The notes under the pieces are model-generated. The model did not search any database. It saw only the letters and a list, made by a program, of their open reading frames with translations, and was not told the DNA's origin. The translations under genes and the position numbers were made by a program. This document shows positions 1 to 12,069 of a stretch of 64,000 bases of DNA, in pieces (position 1 is the first letter of the stretch; each line of letters begins with the position of its first letter). The stretch is from Lama guanicoe (Eukaryota). Location of the stretch: assembly GCA_013239625.1 (NCBI GenBank), contig MU054323.1, forward strand, positions 8,359,220 to 8,423,219, written 5' to 3'.

Positions 1-770
1 CAGTATTGGCATTATTATCCCCATTTTATAGGTGAGAAAACTATAACTCATCCAACCTATGAAACTCAAAAGTCTGAGTTTTCTGTGTCTCCTGCTGCCT
101 TTTCTGAAAATAAATTCAAGCAGATGGGTTTGGCCCAGCATCTGCCTATTGTTAACTATATGAGCCTGAACTTGGCTCTCTCCACCCCTCCACCCTGAGG
201 CTGGTTGTGAGGCTTAAACCACACGACCCACATTAAGTGTACAGCACAGGCTTGGTACAAAGTCAATACTCAAGGAGTTGAACATTTGTAAAAAAAAAAA
301 AAAACATGTTAATGGAGCATTTTGCAAAGACACAAGTGCTATCCCACTGGGGTGGGGTGGGGGGAGGGGGTCATTGCTGTCATCCCCAGATAAACTGGTG
401 CTGGATTTTCGCTCTTGTTCTGTGGTACGTGGGATCCTTCTGTGATTGCACAGTGAACCAAAGCCTTTCCCAGGGCCAGAATGAGAAGCCTGATTCTATC
501 CCAAAGTGACTGCAGGCCTGAACTCCTCCCTGGCCAGAGGCTGGGCAGGGCAGCCTGTCCTGACACCCAATTCCTGGGGCTGTAAACCTGCCCCAGTCCC
601 TCAGATACAAAAAGATTCCATTTCCCTTGCTGGGAACTTGCCAGCCGCAGCCTGTTCAGGCAGACCCAACCCTTGGAGAAAGCAAAGACAGCCCTGAGGG
701 AGGGGAGGAAGCTCAGCCCTCTAGCCAGCTCCCCTGCCTCCCTAGGGAAGGACAGACCCAGCTGGTCCTA

Positions 771-784
771 CCAGCAGGGGGCGC
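771..784 (+). promoter_or_regulatory. Candidate CTCF binding site in SLC35F6 intron 1
   Basis: CCAGCAGGGGGCGC matches the CTCF core consensus CCASYAGRKGGCRS exactly. Confidence 0.6.
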
Positions 785-2611
785 CTCAGACCAGGTGGGA
801 AATTAGGAGACATTGCGTATGGACTGTAGTACCTGCCTAAAATTTGTCCAGTGGGGTCTGGAGGTCCCAATCACTCAACAGAAAAATGTTTGCGCTTCTG
901 TATGATAATGTGCCTGGAGCAGGGGATTGAGAGATGGGGAAGCTGCTGCATGCTGAGCTCACACCCTCTCAAGTGACAATGACTGTGGAACCAGAAAGTG
1001 TTACAGATGTGCGTTGTCATGATTGTAAAGTGCGTAGGCAGGAGCCCAGGGGGATCCAGGAGGTGGCCCCACTGCTAGATCAGGGGTCTTCTTGAGCCAG
1101 CCAGTCTGTGCTTTGGCTGTGGCCCCAGGATGAGGAAAGGGCTTCCACACCAGCCCTTGCCCCAAGCTTCTGGTTGACCTTCGTGAACTTGGCAGGACCT
1201 GCCTTGTCCCTCCTAGAGGAGCCCTGGGAACTAGCTCTCTGACCTGCCCTCGCTCCAGGGCAGTTATTTCTGTGCCCTTGGTAAAGCTTGACCTCTTCCC
1301 TCTTCCTCAGTTCTCTCTGTTTTGCTCAGTTGTCTCACCCAGACCCTCTCTGAAGGCTCCGTCTGTAAAAGGGAGTCTGGGCCGGAGAGCAGATCAGCCT
1401 ATGTGAGCCACGCCATTGGCATGTGGTCCTCACCCACCTCCCCTGTCCTGTCCTGCCCCACTAGCCGAGAGCCAGAACTAAGCAGGATGTCCAGCAAGAG
1501 GGAGGGGCCTCCGTCTTGCCAGCCTCCATCTGGACCAGATTACCTGCCCTTGGCTGTGGGCCTGGGCCCACCATAGCACGTCCAGAAGTCAGCACCCACG
1601 GGAGTGAAGGGTTAGCAACGACTGAGGCTGCTTACCCAGCAGAGGAGCAAATTTGAAGGTGAAAACCTCTCTAAATATCTGACAGGCTTTCAAATGAAAG
1701 AGAGATTCGATCCCAGGGACATAACTAATGTCAGCCAAAATTCAGGGGGCAGGAGCTTGAGTGCAGACGCTGGTCAGTGCAGAAGGGCTGGTGGTAGCTG
1801 CCCAGAGCAGGGCCCAGGCGGGGTCCAGGCTCGGCGGGGAAGCATGCCATCTGCTGGGGCGCTGGCTGGCAGGCCGCTCCACAAGTGCCGTGTGCTTGCC
1901 ACCTGCTTCAGAGCCAGTGCTAGAAAAACCCTCCAGATCCTTCGGGTTATGTGAAGGTGACCGGGTGGTCTGTGGCAGGCAGTCATTTCCCAGGACTTCC
2001 GTGACCTTGTAGACCAGGGACTTGATGTTTTTGAGCCATTGTTCCCTTTGTAGCCTGGTGAAGCTTAGAGTAGTGTTTTTAAATGTGCACATAAAAGACC
2101 AAGAATTACAGAAAAAGGCAATTATGTTGAAATAAAGTTATCAAAACTAAAAAAAAGCCAGTTTGTGATATCGGAGTGTGCATGTGTGTGCACGTGCATT
2201 TCTTAACCCATGAAATTATAAGCATTGGGTCTAATTACTGTAATTTTGGAGTAGTGATGACTGTAAATGATGACTTCACAGTTTCTACAGGGACTCTAAT
2301 GTGATCATGACAATAGCTGTGATTTCCACATGTGACAAAGTTGCAGGGACCATAATACTACCTTCATAATTTGAGGAAATGCACAATTTCTGTTGCAGGT
2401 TCATGAAATTTCAGCTAAAGTTTCCCAGGCCCCCACATTCTGTCCACAATCTCAGATGAAAGCTCCTTGTCATGGAGACTGGCCCCTTGGAGAGGGAGCC
2501 CCGCTCCAGGCAGAATCCCCTGAGTCTGGCCTCTCAGCCTTGCGAGGAGTGAGCTCACCGCAGGCCCCAGGACCAGGTAGGAGGGTTTGACCTCCTCTCT
2601 CTCTGCTGCAG

Positions 2612-2684
2612 GTGGGCAGACAACTTTGTGGCCCCAGGCTGTGGAGGGAGCAAGGAACACAGCTTCCAGCATCCTTTTCTCCAG
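2612..2684 (+). CDS. SLC35F6: SLC35F6 coding exon 2 (solute carrier family 35 member F6)
   Basis: Polypyrimidine tract plus CAG acceptor at 2609-2611, GT donor at 2685. Translates WADNFVAPGCGGSKEHSFQHPFLQ, matching recalled SLC35F6. 73 bp, in phase with the next exon. Confidence 0.93.
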
Positions 2685-3381
2685 GTATCTGTCCCTGACT
2701 TTCCTACCTCCCGACTCCCAGGCTTACAGGACAGGTGCCCCATAAGGCCCTGCTGTCTCCTGACCTAGGGGTGGAGTGCCTGGGAGCCACTCGCTTCTCT
2801 CTTTCCCGTCTCAGAGCAGAGGCCGGGTATGCAGTGCCCCCGGATGGGAGCAAAGGGCACTGTCCCCTGTAGGAGGCTTGCACAAGTCCTGGTGAGCGGT
2901 CACGCCCTGGGTACCGTGAGGCCAACCCTCACCATGGCCAAGTCAGGACGCATTTGGAAAAATCAAGCCCCGTGTAAAACCTGCTCTCCAATTCCAGGGA
3001 GCCCAGACCCCCCTGGGACAGGGCAGACACCATAAATGGAAGATGCCTTATTGCTAGACTGGAAAGTGAGAGACTCAGATTTTAGCTTCAGCTTTGACAA
3101 CAACTTGATTTGTAACCTAAAATAATTTCTTGACCCTCTCGGGCCTTGATTTCTCCACCTGGAACTTGAGCAGGGATTGGCCCAGATTGGTAGTTTTTCA
3201 GACCAGGCTGTCTGCAGCCTGAGGGTCCCATTGAGATGTTTGACACAGCAGTTCTGCCTTTGTCTGTTTTACGTGTTGGGGTTATAGATAAACTCTTGTT
3301 TAAAGAAAGGTTGTGTTTTAAAAATTTTCTTCTGGGTGGTCACCCTTCTGGCTCTGAACTCCTATGGTTCTGTCCCTGCAG

Positions 3382-3553
3382 GCAGTGGGCATGTTCCTGG
3401 GGGAGTTCTCCTGCCTGGCTGCCTTCTACCTGCTCCAGTGCAGGCTAGCAGGGACCCCAGACCCCAGCACCGACCCCCAGCAGCCCTTCAACCCCCTCCT
3501 CTTCCTGCCCCCAGCCCTCTGCGACATGACTGGGACCAGCATCATGTATGTGG
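3382..3553 (+). CDS. SLC35F6: SLC35F6 coding exon 3
   Basis: CAG acceptor and GTGAGT donor. Translates AVGMFLGEFSCLAAFYLLQC...FNPLLFLPPALCDMTGTSIMYV. 172 bp. Confidence 0.95.
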
Positions 3554-3815
3554 GTGAGTAGCCAGGCCAGGCTGCGAAGGGCTCAGTGAAGCCTGTGGCC
3601 CATGGGGGCTGCTGGGGAAAGAGCCACCCCTACCCCCAGAGCATCTTCAGTACCCCTGCCCCTCCCTACTGACCTTTACACACACACACACACACCCATC
3701 CAGGATTTATTGAGTACTTACTATGTGCCAGGCACGTCTTCAGCCCTGAGGACACCTCAGGGAACAGACAAGCTTGGCCCTCAGGAACTAATGTTGCGCG
3801 TCTCTCCTCTCCTAG

Positions 3816-4028
3816 CGCTGAACATGACCAGTGCCTCCAGCTTCCAGATGCTGCGGGGAGCCGTGATCATATTCACTGGCCTCTTTTCAGTGGCCTTCCT
3901 GGGACGAAGACTGGTGCTGAGCCAGTGGCTGGGCATCCTGGTAACCATCGCGGGGCTGGTGGTCGTGGGCCTGGCTGACCTTCTGAGCAAGCACGATGGG
4001 CAGCACAAGCTCAGCGAAGTGATCACAG
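3816..4028 (+). CDS. SLC35F6: SLC35F6 coding exon 4
   Basis: CCTAG acceptor, GT donor at 4029. Translates (A)LNMTSASSFQMLRGAVIIFTGLFSVAFLGRRL...KLSEVIT, a nucleotide-sugar-transporter-like hydrophobic segment. 213 bp. Confidence 0.95.
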
Positions 4029-4796
4029 GTGTGGCCGGGGTTGGAGGTCCCACTGGGCTGCCCAAGAGTCACTACCAAACTTTTACAAGCACTGCCGTAC
4101 ACCAAGCCCTGGGGGAGGGTGTGGCGGGCACCAGCTGATGCAGACATGCACCTGCTCTTGAGGTGATGGAAAGAGTGTAGGGAGGAGCAGAGCGGGGCCG
4201 GCAGCAGGAGGGAGGAGTACATAAGGAGCAGGGAGGTCAGAGGAGGGAGCGGGCTTGTGCTGCGATATACTTTCAGCCGCACAAACTGCTGGATCTGGGA
4301 GAGGACAAGAATGCAGAGTGAGTACTTCCCAAAGGCCCACCCCCTGCTGCCCGCTGTGTGCTTGTCATCACAGCCATCCCCACCATCCCAGAAAAGCAGC
4401 CTTGCAGCCCTTTTTACAGTGAAGTGACCACCCTAGTTGCCCAGAGGCAGGATTAAACCCGAAATGTCCATCTGAAAGCCTGTCACTTTTCAAAAGATCT
4501 GCTTACTCCATTGTGCAGCTCTCAAGCTCAGACAGGTCCCCGGACCTTCTGGAACCTCAGCCCTGAGTGGGTGATAGTGCCTGCCCTGCTGGCCTGCCCC
4601 ACCCCCCAAGGGCTGGGAGATCAGGTGCCAGGTTGTCATGACCTGGCCTCATGGACTGTATGGTGCCCTATAGAGTCAGGGGCTTCGGGTGCTATATGTC
4701 CCTGTGGGAGCTGTCTCCCTCAGCCCTGGGCCTGCCGCCCTGCCTCCCAACCCTGGTGCAGCCCAGGCCTCACCCTGGGCCCCTTCTTTCCCATAG

Positions 4797-4907
4797 GGGA
4801 CCTGCTGATCATTATGGCCCAGATCATCGTCTCCATCCAGATGGTGCTAGAGGAGAAGTTCGTCTACAAGCACAATGTGCACCCACTGCGGGCAGTTGGC
4901 ACTGAGG
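4797..4907 (+). CDS. SLC35F6: SLC35F6 coding exon 5
   Basis: CATAG acceptor, GT donor at 4908. Translates (G)DLLIIMAQIIVSIQMVLEEKFVYKHNVHPLRAVGTE. 111 bp. Confidence 0.95.
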
Positions 4908-6210
4908 GTGTGTGAGCACATGGGCTGGCGGGAGGGCACTGGGTCGGGGCTCGCACTGCAGGGTAGCACGTGGGGTGAATGCACAAGTAGGGATGCAGGG
5001 CAAGGTGCTGGGGACCTCTGGGTGGGGTGAGCCTCCTGCCCCCCTTCCTTCCTCTCTTCACCATGTATGTGTTGACAAACACTCTGACACCTGCTGTGCA
5101 CGCAGCCAGGAGCTAAGGGAGGACGAGGACAATGATAAATGAGATGCAAGTCCCACTCTAGAGAAATTGACCAGCAAGAAGGACTAGGCAGTGCATTTTA
5201 GCTCAGACCATTTTTGCTTTAGTGACACTTTTGCCAAGCATACCTGAGTGTCTTGGCACAGTGAGGGTGGCATTCGAGCTGCACAGTTTAACAGGCAACA
5301 GTGGGAAGGAGGGAACTCCAGCCAGAGAGAAGACATGGGGAGCTGGACATGGACTTGGAAACCATTGAGGAAAAGATTGGGTGAGATACAGGTTTGATGT
5401 TGGGGAAATGACCAGGAATTGAGTATGTCCAGGTCATATCGTAGAGAACCTTGAACATCAGACTAGTGGATTTAAACTTTAAATGACAGGTAGGGAAGAA
5501 CCATCAAAGGTTTTTGAGCAGGGAAGTAAATCAAAATTATGCTTAAAAAAATATGTAACTAGCAGGGTGGATTAGAGCAGTGCTACCAACGTGTGACCGA
5601 TGTACCAGTCAGGGAGCTGTTTGTGCCTGGCCCACTATGAACGGAGGGCAGAATGTTAACCAAGTCAGCTGCGTCATCGAGCACACTGATTATTTCCCCT
5701 CATTTTTTTCCCTAGCAAGACTTTCTGAATGAAGCAGTACATTGATTTACATTCTGGCCCAACTCCTTGTCACAGACCAGTGGCACTAAATTAGCTACAT
5801 TTTTCCACTTGGGAGAGCCATGTTGTGGTTGCCACCAACAATCCTTTTGTAAATGAAAAGAATAGAATTTATAAGTGTCAGAGAGCATTGTAAATCGTAA
5901 GGGTAGCTATTTTGTGAAAGTGTGTGTACATGTCTGTGCGCACGTATACTGGTCATAGATAAAATGTATTTCTTATTTTGGGTCCAGTAAGAAAAATGTG
6001 GATGAAAGTGAATTTGGGGCTGCCAGAGCCCAGTCTGTGGGCCACTATGAGTTCCTGATAAGCAAGACGGCTCCAGGATCTGAAAGGAAGGGGCTGGAGT
6101 GAGGGCCTCTAGGAAGGGGTGGCCAGGAGATCAGCGGACTTGCTGGGCAGAACGTGCTGGGAGGCTGGGGGCCCAGCAGAGAGTGTGACATGCTTGCCCC
6201 CCTCCCGCAG

Positions 6211-6680
6211 GCCTCTTTGGCTTCGTGATCCTCTCCCTGCTGCTGGTGCCCATGTACTACATCCCTGCCGGCTCCTTCAGCGGAAGCCCTCGCGGGACAC
6301 TGGAGGATGCACTGGACGCCTTCTGCCAGGTGGGCCACCAGCCGCTCATCGCCCTGGCGCTGCTGGGCAACATCAGCAGCATTGCCTTCTTCAACTTTGC
6401 GGGCATCAGCGTCACCAAGGAACTGAGTGCCACCACCCGAATGGTGCTGGACAGCCTGCGGACCATTGTCATCTGGGCAGTGAGCCTGGCGCTGGGTTGG
6501 GAGGCCTTCCACCCACTGCAGATCCTCGGCTTCCTCATCCTCCTGACCGGCACCGCCCTCTACAACGGGCTGCACCGCCCGCTGCTGACCCGCCTGGGCA
6601 GGGGCCGGCCCCCCATGGAGGAGGGTGAGCATGAGAGACTGCTGGGGGGCTCCCGGACTCCCATCAACGATGGCAGCTGA
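6211..6680 (+). CDS. SLC35F6: SLC35F6 last coding exon (exon 6)
   Basis: CGCAG acceptor. Translates (G)LFGFVILSLLLVPMYYIP...SATTRMVLDSLRT...ERLLGGSRTPINDGS to TGA at 6678-6680. All exon phases are compatible. Confidence 0.95.
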
Positions 6681-9600
6681 GCTTCCTGTGGGATCTCTGC
6701 TGCCCCAGGACACTCCTTGCTCACCCTGAGGCTGAGGCCACATGGGCTGGTGAACCCCAAGTGCCCTGTCCCCCAGGCCTCACCCTGCCCCTCCCCAAAG
6801 ACCCCCAGGGCAGCTGCTGCCACAGAAAACATAACACCCAGGTCCTCCTTTGTCACCACCACCTGCTGAAAAGTGTTACCCAGCCCCGACAGGCCTGAGT
6901 GCAGTGACCCACCCCCCACCAGGCTCCCCCAGCCCCTGAGTCCCCTCCTGCAACACTGGAGCTGAAACATGAAGCAGAATCACAGGAACCAACAACTCTA
7001 GGGCCTCCCAAATCATAAGTTGAATGTGGTTCTCCCAAGGAAAGAGGTCAGTGAGCAAATTCAAACAGAACTAAGCGCCGTATTTTCTAAAACTTGTAAG
7101 ATATTCCCTGACCCTGTCCGGAGGCCTTGCTTTCAGCCATTGCCTTGTTGCAGACTTAGTGTGTGTGCTCCCTGGCCATGTACGAGTCGCTCTGGGCCTT
7201 GCTGTCCTGCTCTGTAAAGCAGAAGGTGTTGATGGTGTGGCTTCAGTGCCTTCCAGCCCAGCTGGGCCCATTCTGTGGGCCTGTGGTTTTGACAAACCCG
7301 AGGAAGGAGTAACAGCCCATTTATTGGAAATGCCCCCCGCCCACGGTGTTCTCCCCTCACTTGCTTTGGCGAACTTGCTCACACACTCAAGGCCTCCTGA
7401 CCTGGGGGAGATTACAAGGAAATTCTAGGCAGCCCTGGATAGCTGCTTTTATAAACTCCCCATGTTCCATTTTAAAGATGAGGAAACTGAGGCCCAGAGT
7501 TGTAAGTTTGGCAAAAGGGCTCTCCTGCCCTGGGCTCCCGGATCCGGCAGCAGGCTAGGGTGTAGAGCACACCTGGGCCTCGGCCCCACCCCCAGCAACT
7601 CGACTCCATGGAGAACCCTCCAGGGTGATGGATTTACCAGGAGGCTATTTATAGAGCGATTTCTGGTAGCCAGGTGTTGTATTCTGTGCTTAGCTTTCAT
7701 TCTGTGCATAACAGCCTGCACAGATGGGTGCAGATGAGGAAACTGTGGCCCAGAGAAGGTTAAGCGACTTCCATATGGAGCCAGTATCCCACATCGGTTT
7801 ACCCGATTCCAAACCTGTGGCGCCTGGAATCTTTGGGGCGTACTTCCAAAGTACTTTCCCATCTGTGTTTGGGGAAAGAAGCATCATGTGCTGCTGCCCT
7901 CCCAGTAAGCCCACCCTGAAGCGAGGGGGCTGGCATCAGGGACCCCAGGGAGCTGAGCAGCCCCTTGTCCCAGTGCTCCTCCGTCTGGCAGTTTCTGGAG
8001 CCTCAGACCATTTTCCTGGGCAGCTCAATCATGAAACAAAACACCAGATGCCTTCCTTAAAGGAGATCCTGGGGGAAGGGATCTCTGACAAGCAAAGCCT
8101 CAGGGCTGCGGGGTTCCAGCAGGTTCTTACAGTTTTTTTGGGATCAGAGGGCCTCCCATCCCGCCAGCTCTGAATCCCAGGGAGCCCTGAGCTCCTGTGG
8201 CCATGGAATGTGCCACAGAAAGGGGGAAATGGAGAATGGGGGTGATGGGGACCAAGCTGCCTTGTCCAGAAAACGAGCCTTACAATGTTGTTTCAGGCTT
8301 TATTTTTACAAAGAAAAGGGTAATTGGCAATATGGACATCTTTTTAACAAGAGAGATGGAGCCCAAGGGTTGGGACATTCTTGGAGGTACAGTCTAGAAC
8401 GCCGGAATGGAAAAGCTTGAATGTCCCAAAGCATAGAAACCACTAAGTTCCCCACGCATTGTTCAGATGAAGAAACTGAAGCCCAGAGAGGAAGATGCTT
8501 CCGAAGGACACACAGCCAGAGACTGGCAAAGCCAGATGTCCTGGTTCTCAGTCTTTGCCCATCCCATTCTTGCATAGAAGCATAGCTAACCAAGGGTCCA
8601 GGACTGCTCTGCGTGGGCTACCCTTGCCTCTATACTCAGGTGTACAAAAGTCGTAGCCCTCTGAGTGCTGCCAAAGGGACTGTGAATTTTAACATTGAAG
8701 GGTTGAGGGTTAATAGCGAGACTTCAGGGGTGAGGGCACAGCATGGCGAGGGGGGACTCACTCAGGCCTGTCACCCACTCGGGCAACTCGCTTTACCTCC
8801 TAGAGCTCTGAAATGGGAAACCTCCATCTCACAGGATGGGTGTGAATACTACCTAAGATACTAAAGGGAAGGTGCCTGTAAACTCCAGCGCACAGTGAAG
8901 CGCCATGTAAGGCTGCCTGCCCACCAGGGTGCTCTGTCAAGCGCTGAAGTCCCAGCAGAGCCCTGGGGAGGAGCATGAGTTTTGCTTGGAGGGGAAGAGA
9001 TGTGTTGTTCAAACATACAATTGTGGAGTAGAGCATAAACCTCACATCGATTATAAGAGAAAATATGATGCCTCGTGAACATTTTATGTTTGACTCCAGG
9101 TGCGCTTTCAAACCCTGGAGACGTGGTCACTCTATCCTGCTGTCTGGGCTGCTGTGGAGCGTGAGTTTGAGAGCCTGTGCTGTGTCTTGTTGGTCCCTTG
9201 GGGGAGGGATGGGGAGGTTAAGGACCTCCAGTCTCTCGCTGAGTGTAAAGGGTTGTGAGGAATGTCTAGCTGTGGTCTACTGTTCTGAGTGGAGTAAGGG
9301 GGGCCTGGACCCCAAATTAGAATTGACTGATAAGAGACTTCTGTTAACATTGGTTCACATACAGTGCAATTCAGACCATCTGCATTGCAGTGAACTGACC
9401 AGTCCCTGCCCCTTCCAGAGTGGTCCTGGGGGACCCTGGGGTAGGGGCTTCATCCAGGACTACAGTCCAGGCTTGGAGTAGCCCTCAGGCTCCTCTGCCA
9501 GGAAGCTGCCCACAAGAGAGATTTAGGACCCTGCCAGGTGGTTGTGTTGGCCTTCACTCTGTCCAAAGGTCTCTACTAGAACAAGCAAACAGCATTCAAG

Positions 9601-10229
9601 GAGGTCAGAGTACCCTGAGAGGAGAGGACGGTAGGAGTGGGGCAAACGGCCACGTGGTGTGGGGTAAAGAAGCAGAATCCAGAGTCAGCGAGCTGTGTCC
9701 TTAGCCCTGCCACTCCCTCGACTGGGTGACCTTGGACAAGAGAGGTTACTTCTCAAGACCTAGGCTGCCTACTAAGAGAGGTTCTTAGCATTCCTCAGTG
9801 TGTTCACCTCCCTGCCATGCTTATGATTTCATTCTTTCCTATTTCCCTTGGTTAAGACCCCTCTGGCCTTCTGTTGACTACATCTTTGGAAAACCCAAGG
9901 TCAGCAGGAGGTTCCCTCTGTAGCCATAGAAGTTTATAAACCACCTTTCTTCATTAACAGCTCTGGTCCAGAAAATTTTTCATAAGGGATTTCTATCCTA
10001 GAATTCAGCAAACTTTATTGAGAACTGAACTGCTCCAAGAACTGGCTCCATCAAAGAAAACAGAAGAGGTGAGTATGTAAAGAAAGAATTCCAGCTCAGC
10101 ATGGTGTGCAGTGAGAGGCCTTTGTCTGAGGGGCAGGGCAGGTAGTAGGGAGAGACGGACAAATTGCCCAGAGCTGTCAGCTCTGCTTGAGCCCAGCATT
10201 GCAAGGTGAGCAGGAAAGGAATATTCTAG

Positions 10230-10770
10230 GAGGAAGAAACAGCTTGTAAAAAGATGGGCACTAGGCACATGAAAAGATGCTCAACATCATTAAGCATCAG
10301 GAAAATGCAAATCAAAACCACAATGAGCTATCATCAGCTCACACCTGTAAGAATGGCTGTTATCAAAAAACACAAGAAATAACAGGATACGGAGAAAAGC
10401 GAACCCTTGTGCCCTGGTGGGAGTAATTAGTGCAGCCATTAGTGAAAAGGAATCCTTGTGCACTGCTGGTGGTAGATTGTATGGAGGATCCTCAAAAAAT
10501 TAACAATAGAACTACCATGTGATCCAGCAATTCCATTTCTAGGTATTCAAAGAAAATGAAAACAAGAAAAGATATAAACACCTTCATATCCACCACAGCA
10601 TTATTTACAACAGCCAGGGTTTGGAAACAACCTAAGTGTTCATCAGTGGATGAACAGATAAAGAAACTGTGATATATATGCATATTGTGAGATATATATC
10701 TGTATGTAATAGAATATTATTCAGGCATAAAAAATGAAATATTGCTGTTTTCAATTATATGGATGACCTT
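10230..10770 (+). mobile_element. LINE-1 3' fragment (end of ORF2), degraded
   Basis: L1 hallmarks AAAAGATGCTCAACATCA...ATGCAAATCAAAACCACAATGAG, GATCCAGCAATTCCA and GGAAACAACCTAAGTGT. Confidence 0.85.
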
Positions 10771-11125
10771 CCTTCTATAAGTGGAATCATACAATATTTG
10801 TCCTTTTGTGTCTGGCATATAATGCCTTTAATACGTATCAAAATTTACTTTCTCTTTAAGGCTGAATAATATTCCATTGTATTTATATACCACATTTTGT
10901 CTATCTGTTCATTTTTGGCTATTGTGTATAACACTACTATGAGCATTACTGTACAAATACCTGTGCAAGTTCTTGCTTTTAATTCTTTTAAATATATACC
11001 CAGAAGTGGAATTATTGAATCATATAGTAATTCAATGTTTAATTTTTTTCATCCATCACCATACTGTTTTCTACTGTGGCTGCACCATTTGCATTATCTG
11101 TGGCAGTTAACAAGGATTCCATAAA
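10771..11125 (-). mobile_element. LINE-1 3' fragment, antisense
   Basis: GTGGAATCATACAATATTTGTCC, GCTGAATAATATTCCATTGT and ATACCCAGAAGTGGAATT are reverse-strand L1M motifs. Confidence 0.8.
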
Positions 11126-11935
11126 ATGATTTTGTAACATTTTTCCTGATTACAGTACACATTTACTGTAGAACATTAGAAAATGCAGAAAAGCAAAGTG
11201 TAGACAATAAAATCCCCTTTATTCTAATCACCTAGTTCTACATTTGACCTGAATGTATATTATCTCCAACAGGACGGGAAAGGGTCATTTCCCTTGGGAT
11301 GATTCTATCGAAAAAACTGGAGCATGTGATCCAAATATAGAGCCAGGCCAGCCCCGCCTGACCTCATGGTTACAGCCCTCACCCTGGCTGTCCCACGACC
11401 CTAATCATAAATAATGTTCATGCAGTTAAGCTGACCTTTGAGTCATATTAGTGGGGTGTTCCTGGTCACAGGAAAGACACAGGGTAGTCACATTCTCTGT
11501 GGGTCTCCATCTTTAAAAGCACCTCGGGGTTCGGGGTAGGTAGAGCAAAACACTAAGTGCGCAGCGTGATTCGTCTAGAGAAACGCGTTCCGCACACGCA
11601 CCATCTATCTACATCTTCAGAATCGACGTTTCCTTTTTGGCGTAGGGGGGACCGGAGGACCTGGGCCTGACTCAAAGATGAGCTCCTCCACCAGCAAGCA
11701 GAGGGCAGGAGCAGTTCCCGCCTCCTTTCACTCTTCCAAGTCCCCATTGGCTGATTCCTACCGTCGATCCGCCATGTCCCCGCAGTATCCTCCTATCACC
11801 GCCGCCGTGAGCCTCCCTGTCTGTACTCTCATTGGTCCTCTCCGCAGTCGCTCTGCGTTAGGAGCGTTCCAGAAGCAGCCACTGGGAGTCGCTGAATTCG
11901 GTTTTTAAAAAACGCCGGCAGTGAGTCAGCCTCTG

Positions 11936-11950
11936 TGCGGGCAATTTGAA
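11936..11950 (+). promoter_or_regulatory. CENPA: CDE/CHR cell-cycle element (DREAM/MuvB site)
   Basis: TGCGG, 4-nt spacer, then TTTGAA. This is the canonical CDE-N4-CHR layout of G2/M genes, 120 bp upstream of the CENPA ATG. Confidence 0.8.
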
Positions 11951-12069
11951 CACCACCCAGCCGCTGCACGCGGCCAGGTCGTTCCTGGCCTTCCCCTGCA
12001 CTCCAGCCTCTTCCCCTACACCGCGAAGGCCAAGAAGGAGCTGCGGGGCCGCAACCCTGCGCGCCCGCC

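Noticed and set aside
281..311. A15 run flanked by AACATTTGT / AACATGTT, a possible second solo poly(A) insertion
   Set aside because: The flanking similarity is too short and imperfect to call a TSD.
6045..6743. 232-aa antisense ORF
   Set aside because: Shadow of the GC3-rich SLC35F6 exon 6.
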